Positions 9,376-19,156 of a stretch of DNA of 64,000 bases are shown here, one piece after another; positions within the stretch are counted from its first letter, which is position 1; each line of letters starts with the position of its first letter. Source of the DNA: an uncultured delta proteobacterium (lineage in GTDB: Bacteria; Myxococcota; Myxococcia; Myxococcales; Myxococcaceae); contig CAVQKE010000001.1 of the NCBI GenBank assembly GCA_963713045.1, positions 384,001-448,000 on the forward strand, written 5' to 3'. Made by a program: the position numbers and the translations under genes. The notes under the pieces are model-generated. The model ran no database searches. It had not been told where the DNA came from and saw only the letters and a program-made list of their open reading frames with translations.

Positions 9376-9810
9376 GTGAGCCGGCAGCTCGCACTGGGCG
9401 GACAGCCAGTGCTGGTGTCCGGTTGGACCGAAGCGCTGCGCGTGGTGGAGGAGCACCCACACCTCAATCGCCTGCTTCTGGTGGAGGCCCGCGTCGAGGA
9501 GCCGGGGCTGGCGCCGCTGTTGCGCTCGGCGGCGATGCGGGGCTGCGCGTTGGTGGTGGTGTTGGGCCCGGGCGCGGAGCAGGTGGTGCGGGAGGCGGAC
9601 GCGGTGCTGGACACTGTGGCCCGAGAGGGACAACCGATTGCCACCTCCTGGCACGACCCAGAGAGGGAGCCGGAGGCGGCGTTGGACGCCTTTGGCCTGT
9701 TCAGCACCTGGGTCGGCGGCGCTCCCGGCATTCCCCTGTTGGTGACGGGCGACGCGGGGCTGGACAGCATCCTCGACGCAGCGCGGACCCTCCACGGCCG
9801 GCCTCGGTGA
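9376..9810 (+). CDS. Hypothetical protein
   Basis: Protein-like ORF filling the gap between two co-oriented genes; no motif recognised. Confidence 0.55.
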   Translation: MSRQLALGGQPVLVSGWTEALRVVEEHPHLNRLLLVEARVEEPGLAPLLRSAAMRGCALVVVLGPGAEQVVREADAVLDTVAREGQPIATSWHDPEREPEAALDAFGLFSTWVGGAPGIPLLVTGDAGLDSILDAARTLHGRPR

Positions 9811-9880
9811 CAGGCCGTGCATCGGCCCCCCGGTGGGCTGCCACACACGGCGGAGGCGGGTACAGTCGCCATCGCGCACG

Positions 9881-10372
9881 GTGAAAGTCGACCTCCGAAG
9901 AGCCACGCCAGAGGACGCCGCGGCCCTGTGGAGGCTCTTCTCTGCCATTTTTGCCGAAGGCACGACGTACGCCTCGGACGAGCAGACCAGTGAGGCGAGC
10001 TTCCTTCAGGACTGGTTCGGCCGGGGCGGCGAACAGTGGGTGGCCGAATCGGAGGGCCGCTTCTTGGGAGCCTATACCCTGCGCGCCAACCAGCCCGGCC
10101 GGGGAGCCCACGTCGCCACCGCGTCGTACGGCGTCGATGCGGCAGGCCGGGGGCTTGGCGTCGGCCGCGCCTTGGGCAGCCACTCCATTGAAAGGGCCCG
10201 CGCGCTCGGCTACGTGGCCATCCAATTCAACTTCGTGGTGGCCACCAACGCCTCGGCCGTCCGCCTCTGGAAGGGCCTCGGCTTCCAGGTCCTGGCAACC
10301 TTGCCCGGCGCCTTCCGGCATCGCGTCCAGGGGCCAGTCGACGCCTACGTCATGTGGCGAAGCCTGGGGTGA
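9881..10372 (+). CDS. GNAT family N-acetyltransferase
   Basis: NQPGRGAHVA, GRGLGVGRAL, QFNFVVATNASAVRLWKGLGF. Confidence 0.88.
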   Translation: MKVDLRRATPEDAAALWRLFSAIFAEGTTYASDEQTSEASFLQDWFGRGGEQWVAESEGRFLGAYTLRANQPGRGAHVATASYGVDAAGRGLGVGRALGSHSIERARALGYVAIQFNFVVATNASAVRLWKGLGFQVLATLPGAFRHRVQGPVDAYVMWRSLG

Positions 10373-10417
10373 AAGACTTTTCACGCCGCCGCCTGGCCGT
10401 TATGGGCGCTCCCCGCG

Positions 10418-11707
10418 ATGAGTGACCGACAGAAGGCGCCACTCCACTACAGCTGGATTGTCGCTGGGACGACGTTCCTCACCCTGTTGTGCGCCGCCGC
10501 CGTCCGGGCCACGCCCAGCATCCTCATCGTGCCTTTGGAGGAGGCCTTCGGCTGGTCGCGGGCCGTCATCTCCTCGGCCGTCTCCATCAACCTCCTCCTC
10601 TACGGCTTGATGGGGCCCTTCGCCGCAGCGTTGATGGAGCGGTTCGGCATTCGCCGAGTGGTGGTCACCTCGCTGTGCCTCATCTGTCTCGGGGTGGCGC
10701 TGACCAGACAGATGACCCAGCCCTGGCAACTCCTCTTGTGCTGGGGGGTGCTGGTGGGGCTCGGTACCGGCACCACCGCCACCGTGCTGGGCGCCACCGT
10801 GGTGGCCCGTTGGTTCCACCAGCGCCGTGGGCTGGTGATGGGCGTTCTCACCGCCGCCACCGCCACCGGGCAGCTCATTTTTCTGCCGGTGCTCGCCTCG
10901 CTGGTGCAGAGACGGGGTTGGCAGGCCGTGCCCACGGCCGTGGCCGCTGTCCTGGCCGGCGTCATTCCCCTGGTGTTGCTCACCATGCGCGACCGGCCAG
11001 CGGACGTGGGCCTCAAGGCCTATGGGGCGCCGGCCGGCAGCGCGGAGCCTCCGCGCTCAGGCCGCTCGCCCATCCTTACCGCGCTGGCGGTGCTGAAGAA
11101 GGGCTCGCGCAGCCGGGACTTCTGGCTTCTCTTTGCCAGCTTCTTCGTCTGTGGGGCCACCACCAACGGGCTGGTGGGAACGCACCTCGTCCCGGCGTGC
11201 ATGGACCACGGCATTCCTGAAGTGCGCGCCGCGGGACTGCTCGCGTTGATGGGCGTCTTCGACCTCATCGGCACCACCGCCTCCGGCTGGCTCTCGGACC
11301 GGCGAGACAGCCGGTGGCTGCTGTTTTGGTACTACGGCCTCCGGGGGCTGTCGCTGCTCTTCCTACCCTATGCCTTTCAGCTGTCCGAAGGCGCGCTCGC
11401 CGTGTTCGCGATTTTCTACGGCCTCGACTGGATTGCCACCGTTCCCCCGACCCTGAAGCTCACCACCGACGTCTTCGGACCGCAGGAGGCCCCGGTGGCC
11501 TTCGGCTGGATTTTTGCCGGCCATCAAATTGGGGCCAGCTTCGGCGCCCTCAGTGCCGGCATCATCCGCACCTCGACTGCCACCTACACCCTGGCCTTCC
11601 TCGCGGCCGGCGTCTTCTGCCTGGTGGCCGCGGTGCTGGTGCTGCGCATCGCCCGCTGGAAGACCCCCATCGGAGAAGCTGTCTCCTCGGTGGCCTCAGC
11701 CGCCTGA
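10418..11707 (+). CDS. MFS transporter
   Basis: ~12 hydrophobic segments; LMERFGIRR and GWLSDRRD MFS loop motifs. Confidence 0.92.
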   Translation: MSDRQKAPLHYSWIVAGTTFLTLLCAAAVRATPSILIVPLEEAFGWSRAVISSAVSINLLLYGLMGPFAAALMERFGIRRVVVTSLCLICLGVALTRQMTQPWQLLLCWGVLVGLGTGTTATVLGATVVARWFHQRRGLVMGVLTAATATGQLIFLPVLASLVQRRGWQAVPTAVAAVLAGVIPLVLLTMRDRPADVGLKAYGAPAGSAEPPRSGRSPILTALAVLKKGSRSRDFWLLFASFFVCGATTNGLVGTHLVPACMDHGIPEVRAAGLLALMGVFDLIGTTASGWLSDRRDSRWLLFWYYGLRGLSLLFLPYAFQLSEGALAVFAIFYGLDWIATVPPTLKLTTDVFGPQEAPVAFGWIFAGHQIGASFGALSAGIIRTSTATYTLAFLAAGVFCLVAAVLVLRIARWKTPIGEAVSSVASAA

Positions 11708-11735
11708 CACCGGCGCCCGCTAAGGTGACTTCAGC

Positions 11736-13379
11736 GTGGCGCGCATCGTCCCCTTGGGAGGCCTTGGTGAAATCGGCCTCAACGCCATGGTCTTCGAAGT
11801 CGGCGGCGAGCGCCTCCTGGTGGACGCCGGGCTGATGTTTCCCGGGCCGGAATTCCCCGGCGTCGACATCCTGGTCCCCGACTTCAGCTACCTTTTGGAG
11901 GGCACCGCGCCCCTCACCGGCCTGGTGCTGACCCACGCCCACGAAGACCACATCGGCGCCGTCGCGCACCTGCTTCGTCAGCTGCAAGTTCCCGTCTACG
12001 GGACACGCCTCACCTTGGGCATGCTGGCCCAGCGGCTGGACGAGGCGGGGGTGGAGGCGGAGCTCCACGAAATGTCTCCCGGCGAGCGCTTCCGCGTCGG
12101 AAGCCGTTTCGACGTCGAAGCCTTCCGGGTTGCGCATTCGTTGCCGGACGCGGTGGGCCTCGCGCTGCACACGCCCCAGGGGGCGCTGGTCCACACCGGA
12201 GACTTCAAGCTTGACGACGTACCGCTCGACGGACGTCCGACGGACCTCCAGCGTCTGGGCCAGCTTGGCGACGAGGGGGTGCTGTGCCTCTTCAGCGACT
12301 CCACCAACGCTGAAGTGGAAGGGGAGACACCCCCCGAGCGGGTGGTGGCCGAGACGTTCGCGCGGCTGATTCCCGCGGCGCCGGGACGGGTGCTGGTGGC
12401 GATGTTCGCCTCGCAGCTGCACCGGGTGCAGCACCTATTCGACTTGTGCCACCGCACTGGGCGGCGGGTGGTGCTTGCCGGCCGGGCCATGGCCCGCAAC
12501 GTGGACTTGGCCAACCGCCTCGGCTACCTGCGCGTCCCGGAGGGGCTATTGGCCGAGGCCGAGCAAGGCGCCTCGCTTCCGGCGGAGCGGGTGTGCATCC
12601 TCACCACCGGCGCACAGGGCGAGCCGCTCGCTGCCCTCAGCCAAATGCTGCAGCCGGAGGCGGCGCCGCTTCGGGTGCGGGCCGGCGACACCGTGCTGGT
12701 CTCGGCCCGCACCATCCCGGGCAATGAACGCGCGGTCCACGCGCTGCTCGACGGACTGATTGCAACCGGCGCGCAGGTGCTGCACGCCGAGATTGAACCG
12801 GGCCTCCACGTTTCCGGCCACGCGGCCCGCGCCCAGCAGCAACGGGTGTTGGAGTTGGTTCGCCCGCGCGCCTTCGTCCCCATCCACGGTGAGTTGCGTC
12901 AGCTGGCGGCGCACTTGCAGTTGGCCCGCTTGGCGAATGTGCCGGCAGACCAGCGCCTGCTGGTGCGAGACGGAGAGGTGCTCGACTTCGTCTCGGGGCA
13001 GGGCCGCCTGGTGGGCACCACGCAGGTGGGACGAATTGCACTGGGCCGCGGCGGGGGTGGCGCGGTGTCCAGCGAGTCGCTGGCCGACCGCCGCCGGTTG
13101 GCCCAAGGTGGCGTGGTGGCAGCGGCAGTGGTGTTGGCTGCCGACCGCCGCACCTTTGCCGCACCGCCCAAACTTTCCGGCCGGGGCCTCACCCGCGAGG
13201 AAGAATTGCTTCTGGAGGGCGCGGTGGGGGACGTCCAGGCGCTGCTGGAGGAGGTCAGCCCTGCCCTCCGGGCGGACGACGCCTGGCTGCGGGAGGAGGT
13301 GGTCCGGGTGGTCCGGCGAGTTTTCCGGGAACGGACGGGACGGCGCCCTGCGGTGGTGCCCCTCGTCTTCAAGCTCTGA
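11736..13379 (+). CDS. rnj: Ribonuclease J
   Basis: PLGGLGEIGLN, THAHEDHIG, HTGDFK, DSTNA, GAQGEP, HVSGHA, PIHGE. Confidence 0.93.
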   Translation: MARIVPLGGLGEIGLNAMVFEVGGERLLVDAGLMFPGPEFPGVDILVPDFSYLLEGTAPLTGLVLTHAHEDHIGAVAHLLRQLQVPVYGTRLTLGMLAQRLDEAGVEAELHEMSPGERFRVGSRFDVEAFRVAHSLPDAVGLALHTPQGALVHTGDFKLDDVPLDGRPTDLQRLGQLGDEGVLCLFSDSTNAEVEGETPPERVVAETFARLIPAAPGRVLVAMFASQLHRVQHLFDLCHRTGRRVVLAGRAMARNVDLANRLGYLRVPEGLLAEAEQGASLPAERVCILTTGAQGEPLAALSQMLQPEAAPLRVRAGDTVLVSARTIPGNERAVHALLDGLIATGAQVLHAEIEPGLHVSGHAARAQQQRVLELVRPRAFVPIHGELRQLAAHLQLARLANVPADQRLLVRDGEVLDFVSGQGRLVGTTQVGRIALGRGGGGAVSSESLADRRRLAQGGVVAAAVVLAADRRTFAAPPKLSGRGLTREEELLLEGAVGDVQALLEEVSPALRADDAWLREEVVRVVRRVFRERTGRRPAVVPLVFKL

Positions 13380-13443
13380 TAGAAGCCTCCGGCCCTGGGG
13401 TGGTGACGCTTCAGCCCCCTGAATTCCTTGCCCTTCTGTCTTG

Positions 13444-14556
13444 ATGGTCCCTCTGCCCACTGCCCTGCTGGTCGCGGCTTTCGCGCTCGCCTCTGCTGCC
13501 GTCCCTCCTCACGAGGAACCGTTTGTCCGAAAGCTGACCGAGCTTTCGCGCCGCCCGCGCATGGATGGAGACGCACGGGACTTGCTGGGCGCGACGCCAG
13601 TGCTTGCCCGAGCGGCGGGCGACCACACTGCAGGCCTGAACGTCCGCGCCGGCGTCTTCGGCGACACCCTCTACCTGGGGCTGGACGTCACCTGGGAAGC
13701 TGCCTTCGACGCCTCTGCCCTCACCCTGGGGCTGCATTCGCCGGAGGCCGGCGTCGCCGCCCCGGGCCACCTTTTCCACCTCGGCCCGGACGGCAAGCGC
13801 CCCTCAGCGGCCGAGGAAGCTCCCAGCTATGCGCAGTCTGCCCTGGAGGCGGTCGCGGTGCGCACGCCGCACGGGATGGCAGTCGAGGTTGCACTTCCGC
13901 CGCTGTCGCTGCCGCGTCTGCCAGCGCACGGGCCGGTGCTTCTCGAATTGTGCGTCGCCGCCGGCGCGGCGGACGCCAATGGCCCACCCCCCCCACAGCG
14001 CCTCAGCGCTTGTCCGGCCGGGGCGCCGCCACCGGCCCGCCTGGAGTTGCCGGAATCGCTGTTGTCCGCCATCCGGCAGCACGTGCCGCCCGAAGTGGTG
14101 GCCCTCGAAGCGAGGCCGGGAGGCTGGGTGGGATTTGGCGAGCGCGTGGACCCGCGGTGGATTTTCGCCGACAAGCCGCTGACAGTGCCTGGGCTTCGGG
14201 CCCTGGTCAGTGACGCCTCACTCGACCCGGCTGCCCTGCGCCTCTACATTCCAGACCGGATGACGCTGCCGGATGGCGGCGCCGTCCTGGCCGTCCTCAC
14301 CGGGCTCGACCCGTTCGACAACGCCGAGGACGCCTGCTCGCCGGACCGCGAGGTCCGCTTTCTTCTCTACCGGGTGAAGGGCCGCGTCGGGGAGCGCGTT
14401 TTGGACTGGCCGGCCCGGAGCTGCGCCCTGGGACGGGCCCTTTCGGTGTCCTTGGACGCGAGCGGTGAATTGACGGTGGGCTACTCCAGCGGCGCCACGG
14501 TGCGCTTCATCTGGAGTCATGACCACTTCGAAAGGACGGAGTACGGAAGGCGATGA
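13444..14556 (+). CDS. Secreted hypothetical protein
   Basis: Signal peptide-like N-terminus; stop overlaps rimO start (ATGA). Confidence 0.7.
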   Translation: MVPLPTALLVAAFALASAAVPPHEEPFVRKLTELSRRPRMDGDARDLLGATPVLARAAGDHTAGLNVRAGVFGDTLYLGLDVTWEAAFDASALTLGLHSPEAGVAAPGHLFHLGPDGKRPSAAEEAPSYAQSALEAVAVRTPHGMAVEVALPPLSLPRLPAHGPVLLELCVAAGAADANGPPPPQRLSACPAGAPPPARLELPESLLSAIRQHVPPEVVALEARPGGWVGFGERVDPRWIFADKPLTVPGLRALVSDASLDPAALRLYIPDRMTLPDGGAVLAVLTGLDPFDNAEDACSPDREVRFLLYRVKGRVGERVLDWPARSCALGRALSVSLDASGELTVGYSSGATVRFIWSHDHFERTEYGRR

Positions 14557-15956
14557 AGAACGAAGTCAAAGCTTTGTACATGCAGACGCTGGGGTGCCCC
14601 AAAAACCGGGTCGACTCCGAAGTCATGCTGGGGACGCTGACCCAGCGGGGCTACTGGCTGGTGGATGACCCGGCCCGGGCCGACGTCATCGTCGTCAACA
14701 CCTGCGCCTTCATCGGGCCAGCAAAGCAGGAATCCATCGACTCCATCCTCGAATTGGCCGAATACAAGAAGACTGGCCAGTGCGGCACCCTGGTGGTCAC
14801 CGGGTGTCTGTCCCAGCGTTATGCGCCGCAGCTCGCGCGGGACATGCCGGAGGTGGACCACTTCCTGGGCACGTCGGCCTACGTGCAGCTGGGGGACTTG
14901 CTGGCGGCCGAGGCCGCCCCCCGACAGCTGATTCCCGACCCGGACTACATCCACAACGCGCGGACGCCCAAACTCAACTCCAGCCCGAAGTACACGGCCT
15001 ACCTCAAAATCGCCGAAGGCTGCGACAACGCCTGCGCCTTCTGCATCATCCCCACCTTGCGCGGAGCTCAGCGCTCCAGGCCCATCGACGACTTGCTGGA
15101 GGAGGCTCAGGCGCTGGCCAGCTCCGGGGTCCGCGAGCTCAACCTGGTCGCGCAAGACCTCACCGCCTACGGGCACGACCTCCCCGACCGGCCCAAGCTG
15201 CACCAACTCCTCCAGGAATTGTGCGCGGTGGACGTCCGGTGGATTCGGCTGCACTACGCCTACCCACGGGTGTTTCCCGATGAGCTGATTGACGTGCTGG
15301 CCAACCAGCCGAAGGTGGCCAAGTACCTGGACATGCCGCTCCAGCACGCCTCGGACCGTCTGCTGAAGTCGATGCGCCGCGGGCGCGACCGCGCCTTCCT
15401 CGAGGCGCTGGTGGCAAAAATTCGCTCCCGGGTGCCTGGACTCACCTTCCGCACCTCTCTCATCGCCGGGCTTCCTGGTGAGAAGGAGGAGGATTTTGAG
15501 GAACTCAAGGCCTTCGTCCGCACCATGCGCTTCGAGCGGATGGGGTGCTTTCAGTACTCCGACGAGGAGGGGACGGCCGCCTTCCACTTACCGGACAAGG
15601 TGCCCCAGGCCGTCATTGAAAGGCGCTGGCGCGAGGTGATGGCGCTTCAGAAGCGCATCAACCGCGAGCAGAACCGGGCCCTTCTCGGCAAGCGCCTCAC
15701 CGTCCTGGTGGAAGGCGCCAGCCCCGAAACCGAGCACCTGTTGGTGGGCCGCCACGAGGGCCAAGCGCCGGAGATTGACGGGCAGGTGTACCTCAACGAT
15801 GGCTTTGCCTACCCGGGTGAATTCGTCACCGTGGAAGTCACCGAAGCCCACGACTACGACTTGGTGGGCCGCATTGTGGAGCGCCCGGAGCGGCCGCCCG
15901 GCGCCATCGCGCCCACCGGCACTGGCCTCGCGGCCCCAGGCGTCCGGGCCAGCTGA
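14553..15956 (+). CDS. rimO: Ribosomal protein S12 methylthiotransferase
   Basis: [17 protein letters not shown], radical [12 protein letters not shown]-terminal TRAM (APEIDG). Confidence 0.95.
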   Translation: MKNEVKALYMQTLGCPKNRVDSEVMLGTLTQRGYWLVDDPARADVIVVNTCAFIGPAKQESIDSILELAEYKKTGQCGTLVVTGCLSQRYAPQLARDMPEVDHFLGTSAYVQLGDLLAAEAAPRQLIPDPDYIHNARTPKLNSSPKYTAYLKIAEGCDNACAFCIIPTLRGAQRSRPIDDLLEEAQALASSGVRELNLVAQDLTAYGHDLPDRPKLHQLLQELCAVDVRWIRLHYAYPRVFPDELIDVLANQPKVAKYLDMPLQHASDRLLKSMRRGRDRAFLEALVAKIRSRVPGLTFRTSLIAGLPGEKEEDFEELKAFVRTMRFERMGCFQYSDEEGTAAFHLPDKVPQAVIERRWREVMALQKRINREQNRALLGKRLTVLVEGASPETEHLLVGRHEGQAPEIDGQVYLNDGFAYPGEFVTVEVTEAHDYDLVGRIVERPERPPGAIAPTGTGLAAPGVRAS

Positions 15957-15965
15957 GGGGGGGGT

Positions 15966-17465
15966 TCACCGCCGCCGGGGCGCCGGCGCCGGGTCGCTCG
16001 GCTCGGCGGCAGGTGGGCTGGCGGTGGGTGGGGGAGCGCGCACCGGAGGCCAGCCGGGCACCGGTCCCGAGCAGTGGCAGAGGGTGCGGCCCTTCGGCAC
16101 TTCCTCGGCGTAAAGACAAAAGCCGCTGCACGGCCTGGGGGCCGCGCCCGGTGTCAGCTCCCCCGTCCACGCCGGCACCGCGGCCACTTCCTTGGCGCAG
16201 TTGGGTAAGGCCTCTTCCAGCCCCGCCCAGGGAAGAGCCACCGCCAAGCTGTAGCCCGGGTCCTCCGGACCGAGAGTCAGGCCCACGCGGCAGCTGCTGA
16301 GTGCGGCGTGCACGGGCTCCAAACGCACCTGCCCGCCCTGGTCAAGCATCTGCCAGCTGCCGAAACGCACCACGGCGCCCCCTGGCGTGGATTCTGAGGA
16401 GAGATGCGTCCAGGACTGCGGCCCGCTGCCCTCCTCCGCCGGCGGCGGCCGCCGAAAGAGGACGAGTTGGTGGCCACGCAAGTCCACCAGGGCACGGAAG
16501 TGTCCCCAGCCGTCCGCCCCCAGCACACCCCACAACGCCGGAGGCGCCAGCGTCTCCTCGCCACCACCCTCCGGCGAGAGCGACTCCTCGCCCAGAATGG
16601 AGACGACGACGTGGCGAAGCACCCAGTTCGGCGCCAGCGCCAACCCCTTGGGGGCGAAGGCCGCCATGGGGATTCGCCCACCGACGTCCTTGCCGAAGTC
16701 GCGAAGCACCCAGTCCGGCGCCTTCGCCAGTTCCCTTGGGAAGGCCGCGGGGCCTGCCGAGGCTGGCCAACCCGGCGCGAGTCTTTGCCAACCGACGTCC
16801 TTGCCGAGGAGGGCCCTGCCGGCCGCGGCGGACACCTCCACGCCGTCGGAAGCCGTGGCAAGCACCATCGGCAGCGTCAGCGGGCTACCGACGGTGTCCA
16901 GCTGCACGGCCAGCGACGGGCGGTCCGTCCGTGGGTCCAAGGCCAGCTCCACCACCACCGACTCCTCGGTCAAAAACTTCGGCGGCGGCGGCATGGCACT
17001 GTGAAAGGCCACCGTCCTTCCGGCCGGGTCCACTTCCAGGACGAAGGCAATCAGAATCTCCGAGCCAAGGGTGACTTCGCAGCGCTCACCAGCATCCCGA
17101 AGCGCCCGAATGTCCCCCAGCATCCGGCCGCCGAGCTGCACTGCACTGGCCAGCACTTCCTCTTGCACCCGGGCGGCCGCCGGGCTGAGGCCAGCGTCGG
17201 GGGCGGCGACAGCCGAGGCGGTGTGGACGCGGGCCAACACTTCCGGCGGAGAGTCGAAGCACCCGTCCGTCACCCGGCTGTAGGGCTCCTCCACCGCCAG
17301 TCGGATGACGGCTTGGCGGCCGGCGACACTGCCGTCCACGGCCAGCGCCATCGACCAACCCGGCCGAAGCGGAAAACTCTGGCCAACCAGGCCGCGGGGC
17401 GTGAAGGGCGTCGTGTGGACGCACGCTGCCGCGGCCAGCAGCAGCCCGGCGAGGCGGCCCTTCAT
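15966..17465 (-). CDS. Lipoprotein with two degenerate retropepsin/aspartyl-protease-like domains
   Basis: Lipobox LAAAAC; LGSEIL..FVLEVD and GVLGADGW..FRALVD resemble the GxLGxD..F...D motif; no DTG/DSG; coupled to lolA. Confidence 0.55.
   Translation of the reverse strand: MKGRLAGLLLAAAACVHTTPFTPRGLVGQSFPLRPGWSMALAVDGSVAGRQAVIRLAVEEPYSRVTDGCFDSPPEVLARVHTASAVAAPDAGLSPAAARVQEEVLASAVQLGGRMLGDIRALRDAGERCEVTLGSEILIAFVLEVDPAGRTVAFHSAMPPPPKFLTEESVVVELALDPRTDRPSLAVQLDTVGSPLTLPMVLATASDGVEVSAAAGRALLGKDVGWQRLAPGWPASAGPAAFPRELAKAPDWVLRDFGKDVGGRIPMAAFAPKGLALAPNWVLRHVVVSILGEESLSPEGGGEETLAPPALWGVLGADGWGHFRALVDLRGHQLVLFRRPPPAEEGSGPQSWTHLSSESTPGGAVVRFGSWQMLDQGGQVRLEPVHAALSSCRVGLTLGPEDPGYSLAVALPWAGLEEALPNCAKEVAAVPAWTGELTPGAAPRPCSGFCLYAEEVPKGRTLCHCSGPVPGWPPVRAPPPTASPPAAEPSDPAPAPRRR
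16614..16807. repeat. Imperfect tandem duplication inside the lipoprotein gene
   Basis: GCGAAGCACCCAGT.CGGCGCC at 16614 and 16701; ACCGACGTCCTTGCCGA at 16680 and 16791; protein GKDVG...AAF...AP.WVLR twice. Confidence 0.85.
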
Positions 17466-18139
17466 GGGTGAGGGGGCGCCGTGGCGTCCAGCACCTGGGT
17501 ACCCTCCGGGACGTCCAGGACGAAGGTTTCCTTGGTGAGGCCGGTGTTGGTCCGCAAATTGGTGAAGAGAATGGAATTCTCACTGCCGTCTGGGTCGACC
17601 ACCAGCGAACGGCGCACCTGGGCCGTCTTCGGGTCGAGCTCCAGCCGAAGTTCGCGAAAGCGCGCGTCGGCCTTCCTTGGCGTGAGGACCAGCAGGACGC
17701 CTTGGCAGTCGCTGCAGGGCGCCCGGACAATGTTGAATTCGTCCAGCAGCCGCCCCCGCCCCCAGAGGAAAGTGACTGAGCTCGACAGCTGACTGGCAGG
17801 CAGCGCGCCGCGGGTGAGCGTCTGGGCGGCCGGGTCCCACGCATACACCTTTTCCCCGGAGAGGACGAAGGAGCGGGGGGTGGGTGTCAGGTAGTCCCAC
17901 CGCATTTGCGCCGGCTTCTTGAAAGCCACCGTCCCGGTGGACGTCACCGTCCTGCCAAACGTCTTGTAGGCGTAGTCCTGACGGAAGGCGGCGGTGAAGT
18001 CCTCGGTGCGTTCATAAAAGGCCTGCATCCGGTCGACCAGCGCTTTTACCTCCGGCGTGGGCTCGGCCGGCGGCACAGCCGCCCGCCCCCCGTCGGGAGC
18101 GCCGGCCAACAGCAGAAGTGCAAGCGCAAACGGAGCCAT
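17462..18139 (-). CDS. lolA: Outer membrane lipoprotein carrier protein LolA
   Basis: Signal peptide; FTAAFRQ, GTVAFKKPAQMRWDYLTP, C-terminal F.LDVPEGTQV. Confidence 0.88.
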   Translation of the reverse strand: MAPFALALLLLAGAPDGGRAAVPPAEPTPEVKALVDRMQAFYERTEDFTAAFRQDYAYKTFGRTVTSTGTVAFKKPAQMRWDYLTPTPRSFVLSGEKVYAWDPAAQTLTRGALPASQLSSSVTFLWGRGRLLDEFNIVRAPCSDCQGVLLVLTPRKADARFRELRLELDPKTAQVRRSLVVDPDGSENSILFTNLRTNTGLTKETFVLDVPEGTQVLDATAPPHP

Positions 18140-18244
18140 GTCTTCACACCTGACACGAAAGGGGGCTTCGACGTCCAGCGTCATGTCGCAATTTCGAGCT
18201 TGGCACTGGCGCGCCGGCGCGCGGGACGCTAGGCAAGGCCGGCC

Positions 18245-19138
18245 ATGACTCCACGCTTGCTCCTCCCGCTGTGCTTCGTGCTTCTGGCTGCCCGGCCCGC
18301 CTCCGCCCAGGACTTCTCCAAGGTGACAGTCAAGACCACCGCTGTCGCCGGCGGCGTTTCCATGCTGGCCGGCGAAGGAGGAAACATCGGCGTCCTGGTG
18401 GGCCCAGACGGGGTGCTGTTGGTGGATGATGAGTACGCGCCATTGGTTCCCAAAATTGCTGCCGCCGTGAAGCAGCTGAGCCCAAAGCACATCCGTTTCG
18501 TCGTCAACACCCATTGGCACCGGGACCACGTGGGAGGAAACGAGGCCTTCGGGACGGAGGGCGCGGTCATCGTCGCGCAAGACAATGTCCGCAAGCGGAT
18601 GAGTACCGAGCAATTCAGCGCTTTCATGAAAACAACCATTCCTCCCTCTCCCGCGGTGGCCCTCCCCATCGTCACCTTTGTCGACACCGTCAGCTTCCAC
18701 TTGGACGGCGAGGACGTTGACGTCGTCCACGTCGTCCCAGCCCATACCGATGGGGATTCGGTGGTGTTTTTCAAGAAGGCCAACGTGGTGCACATGGGTG
18801 ACATCCTCTTCGTCGGCATGTACCCCTTCATCGACGTCGGTTCCGGTGGCTCGGTGGACGGCGTGGTCACCGCAGCGGACATGGTGCTGGCCCGGATTGA
18901 CGACAAGACCAAGGTGATTCCGGGCCACGGCCCGCTGGCCACCAAGGCGGTGTTGAAGCAGTACCGCGACATGCTGGCCACCATCCGTGACCGCATCCAG
19001 AAGGCCATTGCGGACGGCAAGACGCTGGACCAGACGGTGGCCTTAAAGCCCACCGCCGAATTCGACGCAGCGTGGGGAGGCGGCTTCTTGAAGCCCGACG
19101 CCTTCGTCGCGCTGATTTACAGCGCACTGAAGCACTAG
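18245..19138 (+). CDS. Secreted MBL-fold metallo-hydrolase (cyclase-like)
   Basis: Signal peptide; NTHWHRDHVGGN, AHTDGD, HMGD, IPGHG. Confidence 0.88.
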   Translation: MTPRLLLPLCFVLLAARPASAQDFSKVTVKTTAVAGGVSMLAGEGGNIGVLVGPDGVLLVDDEYAPLVPKIAAAVKQLSPKHIRFVVNTHWHRDHVGGNEAFGTEGAVIVAQDNVRKRMSTEQFSAFMKTTIPPSPAVALPIVTFVDTVSFHLDGEDVDVVHVVPAHTDGDSVVFFKKANVVHMGDILFVGMYPFIDVGSGGSVDGVVTAADMVLARIDDKTKVIPGHGPLATKAVLKQYRDMLATIRDRIQKAIADGKTLDQTVALKPTAEFDAAWGGGFLKPDAFVALIYSALKH

Positions 19139-19156
19139 CCCGCCGCCCCCCCGGGC

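Noticed and set aside
8835..9872. Long N-terminal extension of the helicase ORF
   Set aside because: Overlaps two credible plus-strand genes; helicase homology begins near LNPPQ
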